Assembly: GCA_964016885.1 (NCBI GenBank)
Contig: OZ024740.1
Span: 229,772,001 to 229,836,000 of the forward strand
DNA from: Eledone cirrhosa
Taxonomy: Eukaryota
Direction: 5' to 3'
DNA: 64,000 nt
The position numbers and the translations under genes were made by a program. The notes below the pieces were generated by a model. That model did no database searches. It was given only the letters and a program-made list of their open reading frames with translations, and was not told where the DNA came from. This document shows positions 25,883 through 40,397 of the stretch, one piece after another; positions within the stretch are counted from its first letter, which is position 1, and each line of letters begins with the position of its first letter.

Positions 25883-26275
25883 TGGTGGGTTGGGAGTATC
25901 GGTAGAGCATCGGACAACTTTCTTTGCAGCATATAGTTACGGTCCTTTACGTTCTGAGTTCAAATCCCGCCGAGGTTAGCTTTGCCTTTCTTCCTTACGG
26001 AGTCGCTAAAATAGAGTACCAGAGTACCAGTAACGCACTGGGGTCAATTTAATCGCCTCTTGCCCTTATGTCTAAATCAGAAACCATTATGTGTGGATTG
26101 GCAGTATCGGTAGAGGGTCGGACTCTATGCTTTGCAGCATAGTTACGTCCCTTTACGGACTGAGTTCAAATCCCGCCGAGGTTAACTTTGCCTTTCATCC
26201 TTACGTGGTCGATAAAATAAAGTACCAGTAATGCACTGGGTAATTGCTGGCCTTGTGCCTAAAGTAGAAACAATT
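25883..26275 (+). mobile_element. Two head-to-tail tRNA-derived SINEs (family A)
   Basis: Two gagttcaaatcccgccgagg B-box units with conserved body. Confidence 0.85.
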
Positions 26276-27509
26276 ATGTATATAGAAACTAATAAATACG
26301 ATAGTGATACATAAAGAATGACAGACATACAGGCAGACAGGCAGATAGGCAGGCAGACAGGCAGACAGGCAGGCAGGCAGACAGGCAGATATGCAGACAG
26401 ACAGGCAAGCAGGCAGGCAGGCAGAGATAATGTTTAAGAACAGTAGAACAAATCTAAAGATTGGAGGAAATGAAATATAGTTAAAAATAAATGAAAGACA
26501 AGAAAAAAGGCAGAAAGGAAGAAAGAAAGAAAGAAAGAAAGAAAGGGTGAAAGATAAAGTACCTATATACTGTCTTCGTCTTTGTATTGTTTCAACCATG
26601 TTATGAGGTATTTTTAGTCATCATGATTAACAATCAACACTATATCGAATCAGATATGGATGTGATTAGAACAGGGAAGTTAGCAGTCCCCGAGGGATTT
26701 CAAATCGAGTCAAATGGTGCGGTTTATTTGATTACTTCTACTGTTCTAGATATACTTTACCTATCACAGTATCTAGATTGAATTCTCCGTGGCTTTGGTT
26801 GAGTTATAAAATGGCGTAGTTATTTTATTGTAGCTAAGTAAATAATCGAAATGCATGGCGGAAATTTAGTAAAACATACTTATTTTCTGTTTTTCGAGGT
26901 AAATGAAGACGATAATAACAATCTATAACTATATTGATTTGTTACTTAGGAACCAGAGCTTAGTTTTGTGGAAGTTGAAGCAATAGCATTGGTAAGGGCC
27001 ACTCCCTCCATCCCCACCAAGCAGGACAAATTCTAACTTCACCACTGGATAGAAGACGTGTAATGTTTCATTCTCTTGAACCTATTTATTTATTATTATT
27101 TTTTTTTTTTTTTTTGTGATTGAGGTCTTTTCTCAAACTCCTTGTGTCAGCTCTATGAGAAATTTCGGGGATGATACTTTTGTCACAAATCAGCATTTTG
27201 ATAAAATCAGAATATAATGCTTTAGAAATGGAAATTGGCCACTTAAAGGTTTGCTAGCACAAATGTATTCCCCATTTGATTTCTTCTTCATTATGTGAAT
27301 GTGTTGTTAGAATTTGATCAAAGTATCAGTAGCTATTTATTATTTGAAAATGTCATTCTTCAACTTTGTATTTATATTTTAATGTTCATTCATAGTCTTG
27401 CTCTGTAGTCGGTCGGATCTTCTAAATCTAGCATATTGTGTTTGGGATTCGAAGATACGATATAAATTCGTCATTGATTTTAATTTCTACTTAGATTTTG
27501 AATTCCAAT

Positions 27510-27645
27510 CACACCCTGACCCAGCATTTTAAATACCCCCCACATCCTGACCCAGTATTTTAAACTCCTTCCACACCCTGACCCAGCATTTTAAACACCC
27601 TCCACGCCCTGGCCCAGCATTTTAAACTCCCTCCACACCCTGAAT
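27510..27645. repeat. Minisatellite ~31-bp unit, 4 copies
   Basis: cacaccctgacccagcattttaaa.c.ccc. Confidence 0.85.
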
Positions 27646-28375
27646 CAGTTCTTTATACCCTTTTTCTAAGTTTAGTTGCGAACTGTGGAAAGCGAGGAGT
27701 TATATCACAAAATGGTTAAATAGTGTGTTGCTTGAAATGTAATGGAGGCGGCTCAATTGGCAAGGCCACACATTGAGAATGCCCTCCGACAGGATACCAA
27801 AGGAAAAGCAGTTGAAGGTGAGCTGAGTGAAAGACATCTTACGTGAGACAAGGCACAGAGATTTGCAAAAGAAAAAATTGAACGACGTCAAAATATCAAA
27901 TCCAAAGAATCTAAACTATAATAAAGTATGGAGCGTGGGACTGCGTACATTAGTAAAATAAGTTGTATTACTTTGAATAAATAATGAATGAATATTACAT
28001 AATTTATCTACTAAATTTCGTGGCTGTTGATTAAATTTATTTTGTTTATTTAAAGATTCACTTCTTTAAAATTTCTGAAATGTCAACACTTCCAGTTGGC
28101 TATCGCTTAAATAAACATACTAATTTTCTCATAATGCAGTTTATATATAATATCGTCCTTTTTAATGTATCATGGATTACGTTACTAATTAAATAAGACA
28201 GTGTAACGCAGTCTTCGTTCAATTTCTATGTATTATATATTGTCAATTACGATTTTATTTGATGTATATACCTGCGTATAATATCAATATGCACAATACA
28301 CATGCTAGTAGAAAACCACCCGATGGGTGGTTTTTCTGCTAGTATTATTAATAACCGGAGCGTTGTATTCTATAT

Positions 28376-28847
28376 CAGGCATGGGCAACCTTTTTCGAGA
28401 AGCGGGCCATATGAGATATGGCTCATCATCAGGCAGACCGCAAGTGCTAATTTACATTCGTGCTCACATTAAAAAAAGGGCGGTAACTCAGGTTGTTTTG
28501 ATTTGTTTCTTCAGAATTCGTACACGTTGTTTTCCTCGATCGTGAAAATGATAGAAAGATAAATTACGACTGAAAGGTTGGAGTAAAAAAATCAGAAAGA
28601 TTTCACTTTCATTTAATCGTAGATTTTATTATTCTGATATGTAAATTAGCGTAAAAAATCTGTCCCTGGAGAAAAGAAATATAAACGTTTGTTTTTGAAA
28701 CAAAACATGTGAATATTTGGATTGTTGGAGATCGACTCTGAGACACGTTGAAAATTACATGATTGTCTGACGATGGCGGATATTTTTCTTTTCTGATTTA
28801 GGCGAGCCATTCAAAAAGCTTCGCGGGCCGCAGGTTGCCCATGGCTG
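28376..28847. mobile_element. hAT (Charlie-like) MITE
   Basis: TIRs CAGGCATGGGCAACC / GGTTGCCCATGGCTG; imperfect 8-bp TSD ttctatat / ttctagag. Confidence 0.8.
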
Positions 28848-29182
28848 TTCTAGAGCAAGACATTTTATTTCACTTTTCTTTAATCCACTCAGCTGGGTGT
28901 GTGTGGGTTGGGGAGTAACGACGACACTGATGCCAATATGTATCAGATTTTACCTTTCCATTGGACAATATTGGTGGCATCGAGAAGGTAAACTAGCATA
29001 CAGGAATGACAGGCTGGTCTTCCATAAAACACCTTGCTCAGGCTTGCATCTCAGGAATGTTCTAGGTGTAAACACATGATGACTGAAGGTGGTCTTCTGA
29101 GTTATTTGAGACAATGACAAGCTAAAGTGATATTGTCGTATTATAAAAATGATATAACATTTTCTTATTAGTTGGTTGTGAA

Positions 29183-29312
29183 TATGATACGGTAAAATGA
29201 TATTGTCATAAGATAGTACGATAAAGTGATATTGTCATAATATAATATGATAAAATGATATCGTCATAAGATAATACGATAAAGTGATATTGTCATAGTA
29301 TGATACGATAAA
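29183..29312. repeat. Minisatellite ~29-bp unit
   Basis: gataaaRtgatattgtcataa repeated ~4 times. Confidence 0.8.
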
Positions 29313-29593
29313 ATTAAGTACGTTGAAGTTAATATAACGGAATCTTTCGTAATAAGTTTGTTATGATGGTTGGCATCTTTCATAAACAGAAATAAATGAC
29401 TGGTCACAAATGTCACGTATTTATTAGCTTGATGTCTTATATGTAATTTACCAACATTTATTTTACCTTTCTCTCCTTACAAACAGAAGAACAAAATGTC
29501 TGCCTATAATTACCTTCTTTCCTGCATCTCATATTTCTTTTTAACTGAGGAAAAAAGAGAAACTCACAACGCACACCTACATATATACACATG

Positions 29594-29647
<54 letters not shown>

Positions 29648-29818
29648 GGTGTTGGATGCTTAAAGCGTGCGTATGCGGTAGGCTGTTTGAGCACATATAT
29701 ATATATGCATACATATATACATATATACATACATATAGATATGTGTACATACATTTGCACCCCCACACACATACACTCACATACACTCACATACCCATCC
29801 CCCACTCACACACACAAA

Positions 29819-30380
<562 letters not shown>

Positions 30381-32016
30381 AAAGCATTTCCACAAGAATG
30401 GCCTAGAACATTATAATGTGTTCATAATCAAACTAATTTATTTTAATTACAGTTGAGATTGTTTTAATTTGAAATTAATTATATAATGCTAATTAATAGT
30501 AAATCTGGTGGTGAGCACTGTATGGCAACAGGTCGTTTCCTAATGACTTTAATCCATGACCCAGTTTCGATTCCTAGATAAAAGTATAACCTTCACTAAC
30601 CCCACCCCGTATCTAAATTTTGTGGGGACGGAAAGGCATGAAAATCACAACATCCTATTATAATGTATATGTTTTCATGAAAATATAACTATTATTGCAA
30701 TTATTATTTTTTTATTTTTTGTCCATAACTCCCTATGGATTCGTAGGGGCACCTTTGTGCCATACAGGGATATCTAGGGCATTTTAAAACATGGTGGAAC
30801 TCATCTCCTCTCCTGATTTGAAAGCAGCCAATTTCTCCCAGAGAAGGATAGTGAGTTTCAGATAGAGAAACTGAGAAATAGATATAGAGGAAGAAATGAC
30901 CCCAGTATTAGGCTGGTACGGTTTTTATGGATCTCGAAAGGATGAAAGGCAAGGTGTAATTATAGTGTAAGTTAACAGCATAGCTGAATGGTTAAAAGGT
31001 ATGCATTCCAATCATGAGTTCTCGGGTTCAACCCCACTACGTATCATCTGAGGCAAGTTTATATACCGTAGCCTCGGGTCAAATCAAGCCTTTTCAGTTT
31101 AATCGAGTAGCTGGAAACTATTTAGAAGCTACCTGTCGAATGGACTGTATTTCCAATTTAAGGAGTTTACTTCGCAATCATTAGGTGCCGTTTTCGATCC
31201 CACTGAGTGACATTATCGACAAATGATGTTTACCATAGCCTCAGGTTGATCCAAGCTTTGAGAGTAAAACTGGGTAGACGAAAACTGTGTCAGATGGATT
31301 GTACCTGTAATTTAAATATCCAGTTTGTCACATACTTCGTCATGCCGAATCTCCCTGAAAATTACGTTATGGGTACATGTATTCGTGAAATATTCAACCA
31401 CGCATATGATAATTTAATAACCCCTTCTATTAACGAAACTAGAAATACGTTAGCCACAATAATAAATGTTCGTAAAAGTTATTGAAGCTATTGAAAATAC
31501 ATTTAGACCTTTAATTATTTATTAGGCGGCGAATTGGCAGACTCTTTAGGGCATTGGATTAAAAATACCTCAGTATATTTTCGGGTTCATTGTACTACGA
31601 ATTCAAATCCCACGTAGGTCAACGTTTCATTTCATCATTGTGAGATTGATAAATAATGTACTAAATCAATATTGGAATCGATTTTCCTTCATCTCTTCCA
31701 AGCTTTATATCTCTCCTTGTGGTTTTCTTTCTATTTCTCCCTTTCTCTTCGGAAAAAAAGCAGCTGTGTCCTTACATGGAGATGTCTTTCGTTGTTTCAG
31801 GATCGATAAATAAAGTACCAGTCATAGATCAATGGATTTGCTGAAAAGTTGGCCAGACTGTTTTACGGTATCTGATCCAACTCCATAAGTTCTGAGTTCA
31901 AATCCCGCCTCATTCAGCAGATAGGACAATATCAGCAATGGAAAACATTGTTTCCTAGGTCCGATCTGATGATCGGCTCCTTTCTGTTTCTTTCCATTTT
32001 TTTTTACTTTTCTTGT

Positions 32017-32019
<3 letters not shown>

Positions 32020-32076
<57 letters not shown>

Positions 32077-32380
32077 CACCACCAACACTACTACTAAATT
32101 CATCCACTTCTTTATGGTGACATGATAAAACCTTTCCATCACACACGATCCAACATTAACTGCTTCAGTTCTTCACTAGATAATTCTGTATCTTCCTTTA
32201 ATGTCTGTATCTTCCTTTAATGTCTTGAGAGGTCTTCTGCATTTGTGTTTCACATTAGTGGGCTCCCATAGATAAAGTTTTGGTAGCAGATTCGTTGCCT
32301 CTCTTGACATGACCAGCAAGTTGAAGATGCCTGACACAAATGACATGTCTAATGTTGTTCCTAATATACAATGCATGCAT
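32020..32380 (-). mobile_element. RTE-clade LINE 3' fragment with (TAG)n-type tail
   Basis: LQLAGHVKRGNE/KLYLWEPTNVKHKCRRPLKTLKEDT..MLDR. Confidence 0.6.
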
Positions 32381-32389
32381 ACAGGGTCC

Positions 32390-32660
32390 CGTGACATACG
32401 GCGTTTCTAGGGCTATTTTAAAACCTGGTGGAGCCCATCCCCTCTCCAGGTCTGAATATAGAAGATTATTTTTCCAGAAAAGGATAGAAAGTGAAAGAAT
32501 GGAAGGGGAAAATGGATGTGGAGGAAGAATCGACCTCAGTACTTGACTGGCACTTTTTTTTATCGACATCAAATGGATGAAAGGCAAAGTTGATCTCGGC
32601 GGGATTTGAACTCAGAGAACAGAGAGTTGAAACGAATACTGTCCAGCAGTTCTAAAGACA
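32390..32660 (-). mobile_element. tRNA-derived SINE, long-tail subfamily (also ~13370-13620, 30725-30955, 31525-31700, 37230-37565, 54905-55225)
   Basis: B-box and gcctttcatcc body followed by shared ttcagac.tggagaggggatgg.ctc tail. Confidence 0.75.
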
Positions 32661-32781
32661 ATCTCACACTGTCCCGAAAATAGGAGGAAGCCGACTACCG
32701 CCAAAAACAATGCTGGCGCAGGTCGTTGAACTCTGATAAGAATTCAAGCCACGTTCTAAGAACTCAATTGGATATGAAAAA

Positions 32782-32854
<73 letters not shown>

Positions 32855-32856
<2 letters not shown>

Positions 32857-33312
32857 TGTGTTTGTATATATATATATATATATATGCGTATGTGTGTATA
32901 TATATGTGGGTGTCTGTGATCTATATACACTTGACATAGACACACACACACAGATATACACGCACATATATGTATATATACACAACAACAACACCAGCTC
33001 TCTCTTTCTCTCTCTCTCTCTTCCATTCTCCTTCTCTCCCTCTCTCTATGTCTCTCTTTCAATCTACTCTCTCATAACCACTATCTCTTTCTTTCTAGCC
33101 TTCTCTCTCTTTGTTTATGAGGGTACCCGGAAAAACCCCATATCTCGGGAAACCGTGCTCCGATTTACGCGAAACTTGTTTTATTCTATTTGCATTCCCA
33201 TTTCAGGGTCAACTTCCTTTAAAAGTATTTTCCCATCATGCAGCCTTTTGGCTGTATTACATTACAGACAAGCAAGCAAGCAAGCAATCACAGACTTTTA
33301 GTAATATATAGA
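32855..33312 (-). mobile_element. Non-autonomous Helitron-like element, partial copy of 55473-56076
   Basis: Shared ggtacccggaaaaaccccatatctcggga.. and 5' TC end (minus: tctatatattactaaaagtc). Confidence 0.7.
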
Positions 33313-33931
33313 TAGATAACCAACTATAAACAACTATAAAAACTATAAAGATTGCTTGAGAAATCTCCTTTTTCTTTCTCCTGCAGTTAAACTGACTGTT
33401 GAGATAAGTGAAATTGGTAACATCTCTTATTAAATGAGCTGTATTTTTGATTGTTAGTTCTTGACAGACACTAATATTTGGAATTTTAATTTCAGAGCTT
33501 ATCTAAAATTCTATCTTCTTCGTAGAATCTTTCTGTTCTTCCGACTTTAATATTTCCATCTCATTTCATTTTAGCGTTCGATGTTTGGAATAATTTAACA
33601 GGAATTCAGTTTGATAAGAAGACATGAATTTATTAATTTAATGCAAACGACCAAATTGTTCTGTAAAACAACAACAAAAATATGATGGTGGTCTTAGTGG
33701 TGGTGGTGGTAGTGGTGGTGGTGGTGTTGGTGGTGTTGTGGTGGTGGTTGTGGTGTTGGTGGTGATGGTGTTGGTGGTGGTGCTGATACTGGTGGTGGTA
33801 GTGAGGCTGTTGGTGGAAATGGTGGTACTGCTGCTGGTAGTAGAGGTTGTGGTAGTGGTGGTAGTAGTGGTGGCGATGGTGGCGATGGTGGTGGTGGTGG
33901 TGGCAGCGGTGGTGGTAGTGGTGGTGATAGC

Positions 33932-33964
<33 letters not shown>

Positions 33965-34029
33965 AGAGGAGGAGGTGGGATGGTAGTAGTATCAATTTTT
34001 AAGTTTTGAAACTTAAAAATGATCCTAGA

Positions 34030-34675
34030 TAAATAATTGTTTCTACTTTGGCACAAGGCCAGCAATTACCCCAGTGCATTACTGGTGCTTTATTCTATCG
34101 ACGCCATAATGATGAAAGGCAAAGCTAATCTCGGTGGGATTCGAACTCAGAACGTAAAGGGCCATAATTCTATGCTGCAAAGCATGGTGTCCCACGCTCT
34201 ACCGATTCTGCCAATTCACCGCCGTATAAATAATACTTTCTGATTTAGGGACAAGGTCAACAATTTTAGGGGAAGGGGAAAGTCGATTAAATCGACACCA
34301 GTGCGTTACTGGTACTTTATTTTATCGATCATGTAAGGAGAAAAGGCAAAGCTAACCTCAGCAGGATTTGAACTCAGAACGTAAAGGGTCGTAACTCTAT
34401 GCTATGAAGCATGGTGTCCGACGCTCTACTGATACTATCAACCCACCGCCCTCAACCTTAGATAAATAATTGTTTCTACGTTTGGCACAAGGCCAGCAAT
34501 TGCACAGTGCATTACTGGTACTTTATTTTATCGACCCCGTAAGGATGAAAGGCAAAGTCAACCTCGGCGGGATTTGAACTCATAATGGCAAGGGCCGTAA
34601 CTCTATACGTCAAAGCATGGCGTCCGACCCTCTACCGATACTGCCAATCCACCGCCCTAGACCTTAGATAAATAA
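34030..34675 (-). mobile_element. Array of three head-to-tail SINEs (family A)
   Basis: Three ~210-bp units each with ggatt.gaactca B-box complement. Confidence 0.85.
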
Positions 34676-36255
34676 TGAATCATAAAATGAATCGAGTCAA
34701 AACAGAAGTTAGATTCCAGTTCTTGGCACCTTCGGTAAATGTCTTCTGTCATAGTCTTGGCAAGTCAGGGATTTGTGAAAGAAACTTGGTGACAGAATTG
34801 TCTGGAAGTTTGTCTTTTGGGGGAGGGGGGGGGGGGCTAATTCGTTACCGTATTTAACATTATCAATTGGACCTTAGCGATGAAGTAAAAGATCGCGTGT
34901 GCTACCCTTCTTCTTCTTAGTCTTTCTATCAGGTCAGGCTTCTGCCTTCTACTGGTACTATGTAACCCAGTATAACCTGTTCTGGTGAGCAGTGTAAGTG
35001 GAACCACACAAGTACAAAAAACAAGAGGTGTTAAAAGGATGAAAGAACTCCTCAAGGTTAACAGCCATCCATCCCAACTATGAGTTAAATAACCTCACCA
35101 ATCCACAATTCGCCAAGAGTGGTGAGTATGGTTATACCCCTGACATAACGAAAACCAAACAGAAAGTGGTGGAAGTCAACCAGGGAGGAGTTCCTTCATC
35201 AGAAGTGAGAAAGCCATGGATTGGGTCGGATTGGAGTCTTTCTCTTGCTTACTGCAGAAAATCTCCATCTTACAAAGATATACTGAGGAGATCATCCACC
35301 CTTTTATTAGCTCTTGATTTTTGTGCTGCTGGGGTTCCACTTACCCTCCTCACCAGACAGGGTCTGGTGGGGAGAGTCGGTTTAGTCGCCGAAACAGGTT
35401 GTACTAGGTTACATGGGACCAGTAACTGGTAGAAGTCTGACCTGATAGAATGACTATATATGATTTAATAACTCAATCAAAGGAGGAAGGGTAGTACACA
35501 TGATCTTTTTCCTGATCTCTGAGGTTTACCTTTGGACTTGGTTTACGACACATTACACAGCCGACACTCTATAAAATATTTCAAATGGTTGGCTTGAAAA
35601 GTTTTCCACTATTTTCTGGCCAACATATTGAAACTCAACATCCTCCACCTAGCAACAGAACAGATATAGGTCTGCTGGATCAGGGATGAACCTGGACTAC
35701 ACAACCACCACAACCACCACCTCCACCATCACCATCACTACTACAATAACAACGATATTAGATAAAATACTGAATTGGACTCTGTGATAAACCTCCAGCC
35801 TGTTAAGTTAATTGGTGTATAATGTCGGGATGACATGTTCTATTGAGAGAAGTAATAAACGCGATCACAAAGTATTACAAAATCGATGAAAATAATCAAT
35901 AATGTGATTGCATAAAAGATATTACGGTTTGAGTTAAAAGCTGATCTGGAATAGAAATATGTATAATAACTGTAGCAAGATTGAAGAAAATCTTAGAGAA
36001 ACCAGTGGTTGTCATTTGGATTAGTGTGTCTGATAATAAATTGATTATCTGTCACTTGAAGTCGAGTTAAAGATTATTGAAGCGGTTGTCTGTGTATGTT
36101 ACTCTTCTTTAAATCTGAAGAGACCGCTGGGTGTATAGACATAAAGTAAAGATTGATTAAGGAAAGTGAAAGTAGGGTGTTATATTTGAGACATTGATGA
36201 GTTATACGGGTAAAGGTCTCCATGGAGGTTTCAATGACTACACTATGTACTCGCC

Positions 36256-36590
36256 TGGTGAAGGCGCGTGGCTTTGTGGTTAGAGCGTTAAGCTCACAAG
36301 GTTGTGAGTTCGAATCCCGGACCGGGCGGTGCATTGTGTTCTTGAGCGAAACACTTTATTTCACTTTGCTCCAGTTCACTCAGCTGAAGAAATGAGTTGT
36401 GGCGTCATAGGTGCCAAGCTGTATCGGCCATTGCCTTTCCCTTGGACAACATCGGTGGTGTGGAGAGGGGAAACTGGTATACATGGGCAACTGCTGGTCT
36501 TCCACAAACAACCTTACCCAAGCTTGTGCCTCGGAGGGGAACCAGGTGCAAAACCATGGTTAATCGTGACCAAAGGGGGACTACTTTTGC
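36256..36590 (+). mobile_element. tRNA-derived SINE with CORE-like central domain
   Basis: A box tggctttgtgg, B box gagttcgaatcc, then tgtgttcttgagcgaaacactt..ttgctccagttcactcagctg. Confidence 0.75.
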
Positions 36591-38459
36591 TATCCTATCC
36601 ACAAAATATGGGTTATATTGATTTTATTTTCACATAATCATAAATATTAAATTTGTTGGGAAAAATAAAGGAAGATGCCATTTATACCTTTAGGGCATTA
36701 GTGGCGCAAGAAAATAAAAAAAAAGAGGGATTTCAAGATTTCAATTGGTTCTTAAATTAAACAACTTGATCATTTTATTTTAACATTTCACATATGAACC
36801 TTAATTTTTACGGGCATTTCAGTCTAACAGTAGTTTTTATTCTCAAACCAGTGACCTGACCCGAATCCTTGCAACACGGTGGACTCCATTAAAGGCATCA
36901 AATGACCAAGTGGTGGTGATAAACTGGGTGACGGATCACGTCCAGCACCCAATATCTCAGAACGCAAAGAGATGAAACAAATAAGGCAAGGCATCAAATC
37001 TGACGTTCTAATTGTTGTGCCATTCTATCACCTCTGGTACATTACTTGATCGTCCTCAAATAGATGAAATGCAAAGTTGACCTCGGCAGGATTTGAACTC
37101 AGAACGTACTGAACCGAAAAAAAAAAAACGCAAAGTATTTTATCCTACCATCAGTTAATTCGCCATCTATATATCCATTGCCGGACAATCATCACTTTAG
37201 TCTTATAATATTCTAAGCCGAACCGCGATGGCGGGCGAATTGGCAGAGTCGTTAGAACTTCGGATAGAATGATTTGTGGTATTCGTTCCAGCTCTTTCCT
37301 CTCTGAGTTCAAATCCCCCCGATATTAACTTTTCTATTCATCCATTCGAGGTCGATGAAAAAAAAGTACCAGTCAGGTACTGGGGTCGGCTTTTCCTCTA
37401 TATCTCTTTCCCCTTTCCATTCTCTCACTCTCTGTTCATCTCTTGGAGAAATCTGCTGTTTACAGACTTGGAGAGGGGATAGACTCAGTCATATCTAAAA
37501 AGTGCTCCAAGAAATGTCGTATGTCAATATATCACCCTCTATGACTCCATTAGGATTTACGGATCCATACCATACCAGGCCACACCGCAGTGAATGTGGA
37601 GGAAACGGTAGAAAACTGGATAATGTAATTACAGCACCTTCTACATTGTATCAGAACTGTGTTCAAATTTAATATTAGAAGCGGACTAATATTTTTGTGA
37701 CCCACTATTTCACTTATTCAAAGGCATTGACAATAATATTCTCTCCAATTATCAAAAATCAATTGACACTAGTAGGCAGAAAACGCTATATTCTCAGTTA
37801 TATGACTATTAAGACACAAGTAAATACAGTCATCTCCTTTTCTCTCCTCACCTCTCGGGGAACATCCAGGACGTGAAAGTTAGTGTGCTGCACCAACACC
37901 ATGATGGTACTTTATTTATCAACCTTAAAAATTACACCATCTCAGGATTTGAACTCCGAGTGCGGATTCTGTCCAACACTCTAACGACACTGTAACGTTG
38001 TTCAGCTATGAAAAAAACAGGACGAAATTAAAGTAAGCTTCCGGCGTTTCTCTCCTTTGATGTAAACCACGAATGCGAATAGGTAAATAAGGAGGAAGAA
38101 TATTTATTCTGGATTCATTAGTATTTTTAATAAGGCTAAGTCATAGCAACGGTTCTTCCTGACCACACAAGTAGTGCTACGCCTCCTAGCAGAGTTTAAA
38201 GAACAGATTAATGAGAAAGAATCATTGTATTTCCAAACGTTTCTGGTGTACAGTAATTCGTTCCCCTTCCAGTTCTGTTAACATGTTTGTAAAGGATGCT
38301 TTAGCCGACTTATATCTGAACCATTTAAATATTTGTAAAATATTTTAATATTTTTGTCATCATCATTTTTCATATTTAATGTTCTATCGGCATTGCTTTA
38401 ATCTTCTACAGTATATTGTATGGTATTTATGCGTGTACGTGTGTGCGTATATACATACT

Positions 38460-38703
38460 TACATGGTGGCTGCCAACTTGTTTTCGAGTACGGCCACTAC
38501 TTTATATCCATGTAGGAGAACTCCTACCGATGCGCTGAACGAGTGTGACTTTTTAGTCCAGCCAGCGACTTGAAAACTCTGGTACAAACACTACACTTGT
38601 GACAATTATTGACGCACAGTGCTGGGCCCATGGTACCATGTGACGACAAGTGCAGAGAGATCTCCAGATATAAAGCAATGCCTGTGCCGTGAAGCTTTTA
38701 TAG
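38460..38703 (-). mobile_element. Truncated copy of (CATA)n-associated non-coding element
   Basis: Matches 40398-40645 and 59525-59768. Confidence 0.85.
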
Positions 38704-38704
38704 C

Positions 38705-38735
<31 letters not shown>

Positions 38736-38779
38736 CATACATACATACATACATACATACATACATACATACATACATA

Positions 38780-40352
38780 ATCAATGACATCAAGAAACAA
38801 TTGGACCTCATTACACAATTTTCAACGGACATCAAAATGAAATTTGGTGAGTCCAAGTGTCCATATTTGGCAGTAGAACGTGGAAGAGCTGTGCCCTCCT
38901 CTAGAAATCTAGAGATGAACGGCCTGACAATACAACATCTACAGTAAGGTGACAACTACAGATATCTTGGACAGGATGAGAATGTCAGATATGATGGACC
39001 CATAAATAAAGAGAGAAACAGAACTGAATACCTCAGAAGGGTAAAGAAAATATGGTCATCAGAATTGTCAGCGTACAACAAATACATTGCCCACAATACT
39101 TATGCTGTGCCAATTCTAACGCCAACATTTGGCCTGCTGAACTGGTCATTGCAAGAACTAAGTGAGATGGATGTTAGAACTCGAAAACTTCTCAGTGTTA
39201 CTGGGAACTTTAACATCAATGGTGATGTGGATAGGCTATACTTCTCACGCAAGGAAGGTGGCCGGGGTCTAAAATCCATATTAACAACATATGAAACCCG
39301 GTTAGTAACACTGAAGCAACACCTTCAACAGAGGAAAAAGGTTGGCAACCATCTTGCCCAGGTTTATGAGCATGAAAAAAAAATATCATTAGAATAACGA
39401 CGGATCCAGAGGAGAGATATGGAATAAAGCCTGATATAAATCTCTCGCCCAGAGAAATCGGAAGATCCTATTCAATGTTCAAACAAGATGAATAAAAGGA
39501 ACCAATTTACAGAAAAAGTTGTGCATAGATACTTGAGACGTAAAACACAGACCATAGAGGGAATAAACCACTCAAAAAGCCTGGCATGGAGTTCCGACAA
39601 GTTTATGACATCACACCTTGAGGGATATCTCTATGCAATACAAGAACAAGAACTCCCTACCAAATATCTGCTGCACAAAAGGGGAGGGCCAGCAGCTGAC
39701 CATAAATGTAGGCTATGTAAAACAAAGATCGAAGATGTAAGCCACATTGTTGCTAGCTGCGTAAGAATGTCATCTCGCTACTACTTCCCCATGAGACACG
39801 ATGGGATAGCTAGAACCATCTGGAACGCACTTCGGAAAACAAAATTAACAACAAATGAGGAAGAATATATTGAGACAGATGGCACTAAGGAATACTGGTG
39901 GAACCTGAAAATAAAAACTGCCACCAAATTAAAGCACAACCGGCCTGATATTGTTGTTTGGGACCACACATTGAAAACGTGTTCTGTTGTGGAGATCAGC
40001 TGCCCACTTGATGTAAACGTTGTCAGAAAAATACAGGAGAAGGAGGACATCTACGGACCATTGATGAGGAGTTTACAAATCCAGTATCCAAGATACACCT
40101 TTAGCTTCATACTCATCATTATTGGAGCTACGGGTTATATACCAACCCGCTTGGACCAAAGTATGACTGAACTTGGATTTGCGGACAAAAAGCGCAGCTC
40201 CCTAATTCATAGTCTACAGATGGCTGCGATAGCTGGCACCTTCAAAATTTGCAAAACATTCTTGCGGTTCAAGGGATGACAATTTCTTTTCTTTTACAAC
40301 CTTGCCACCAGGAAGGTGGCCGGTCAAAAAAATATACTCGAAATTAAGAGAA
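38780..40352 (+). mobile_element. 5'-truncated R4/Dong-clade non-LTR retrotransposon in a (CATA)n array
   Basis: MKFGESKC, YRYLG, DRLYFSRKEGGRGL, CRLC..HIVASC zinc knuckle, RHD, RLE HNRPDIVVWD..VEISCP..K; stop/frameshift-disrupted; (TACA)n on both sides. Confidence 0.9.
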
Positions 40353-40397
40353 ATACATACATACATACATACATACATACATACATACATACATACA

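Noticed and set aside
26587-27085. Possible exons or a transposase fragment (VKLEFVLLGGDGGSG on minus)
   Set aside because: Conflicting frames and strands, stops, and weak splice signals; nothing recognisable
27510-27645. CRISPR-like repeat array (also 29183-29312 and 17160-17395)
   Set aside because: Contiguous tandem units without unique spacers, eukaryotic context, no cas genes
33633-34065. His/Pro-rich protein (also 22848-23204)
   Set aside because: (GGT)n/(AGT)n low-complexity DNA
35460-35500. Twister ribozyme (aaaggaggaagggt)
   Set aside because: Upstream GTCCCAAGCCC-like segment and stems absent
36256-36330. tRNA gene
   Set aside because: A/B boxes continue into a SINE body; no intact cloverleaf
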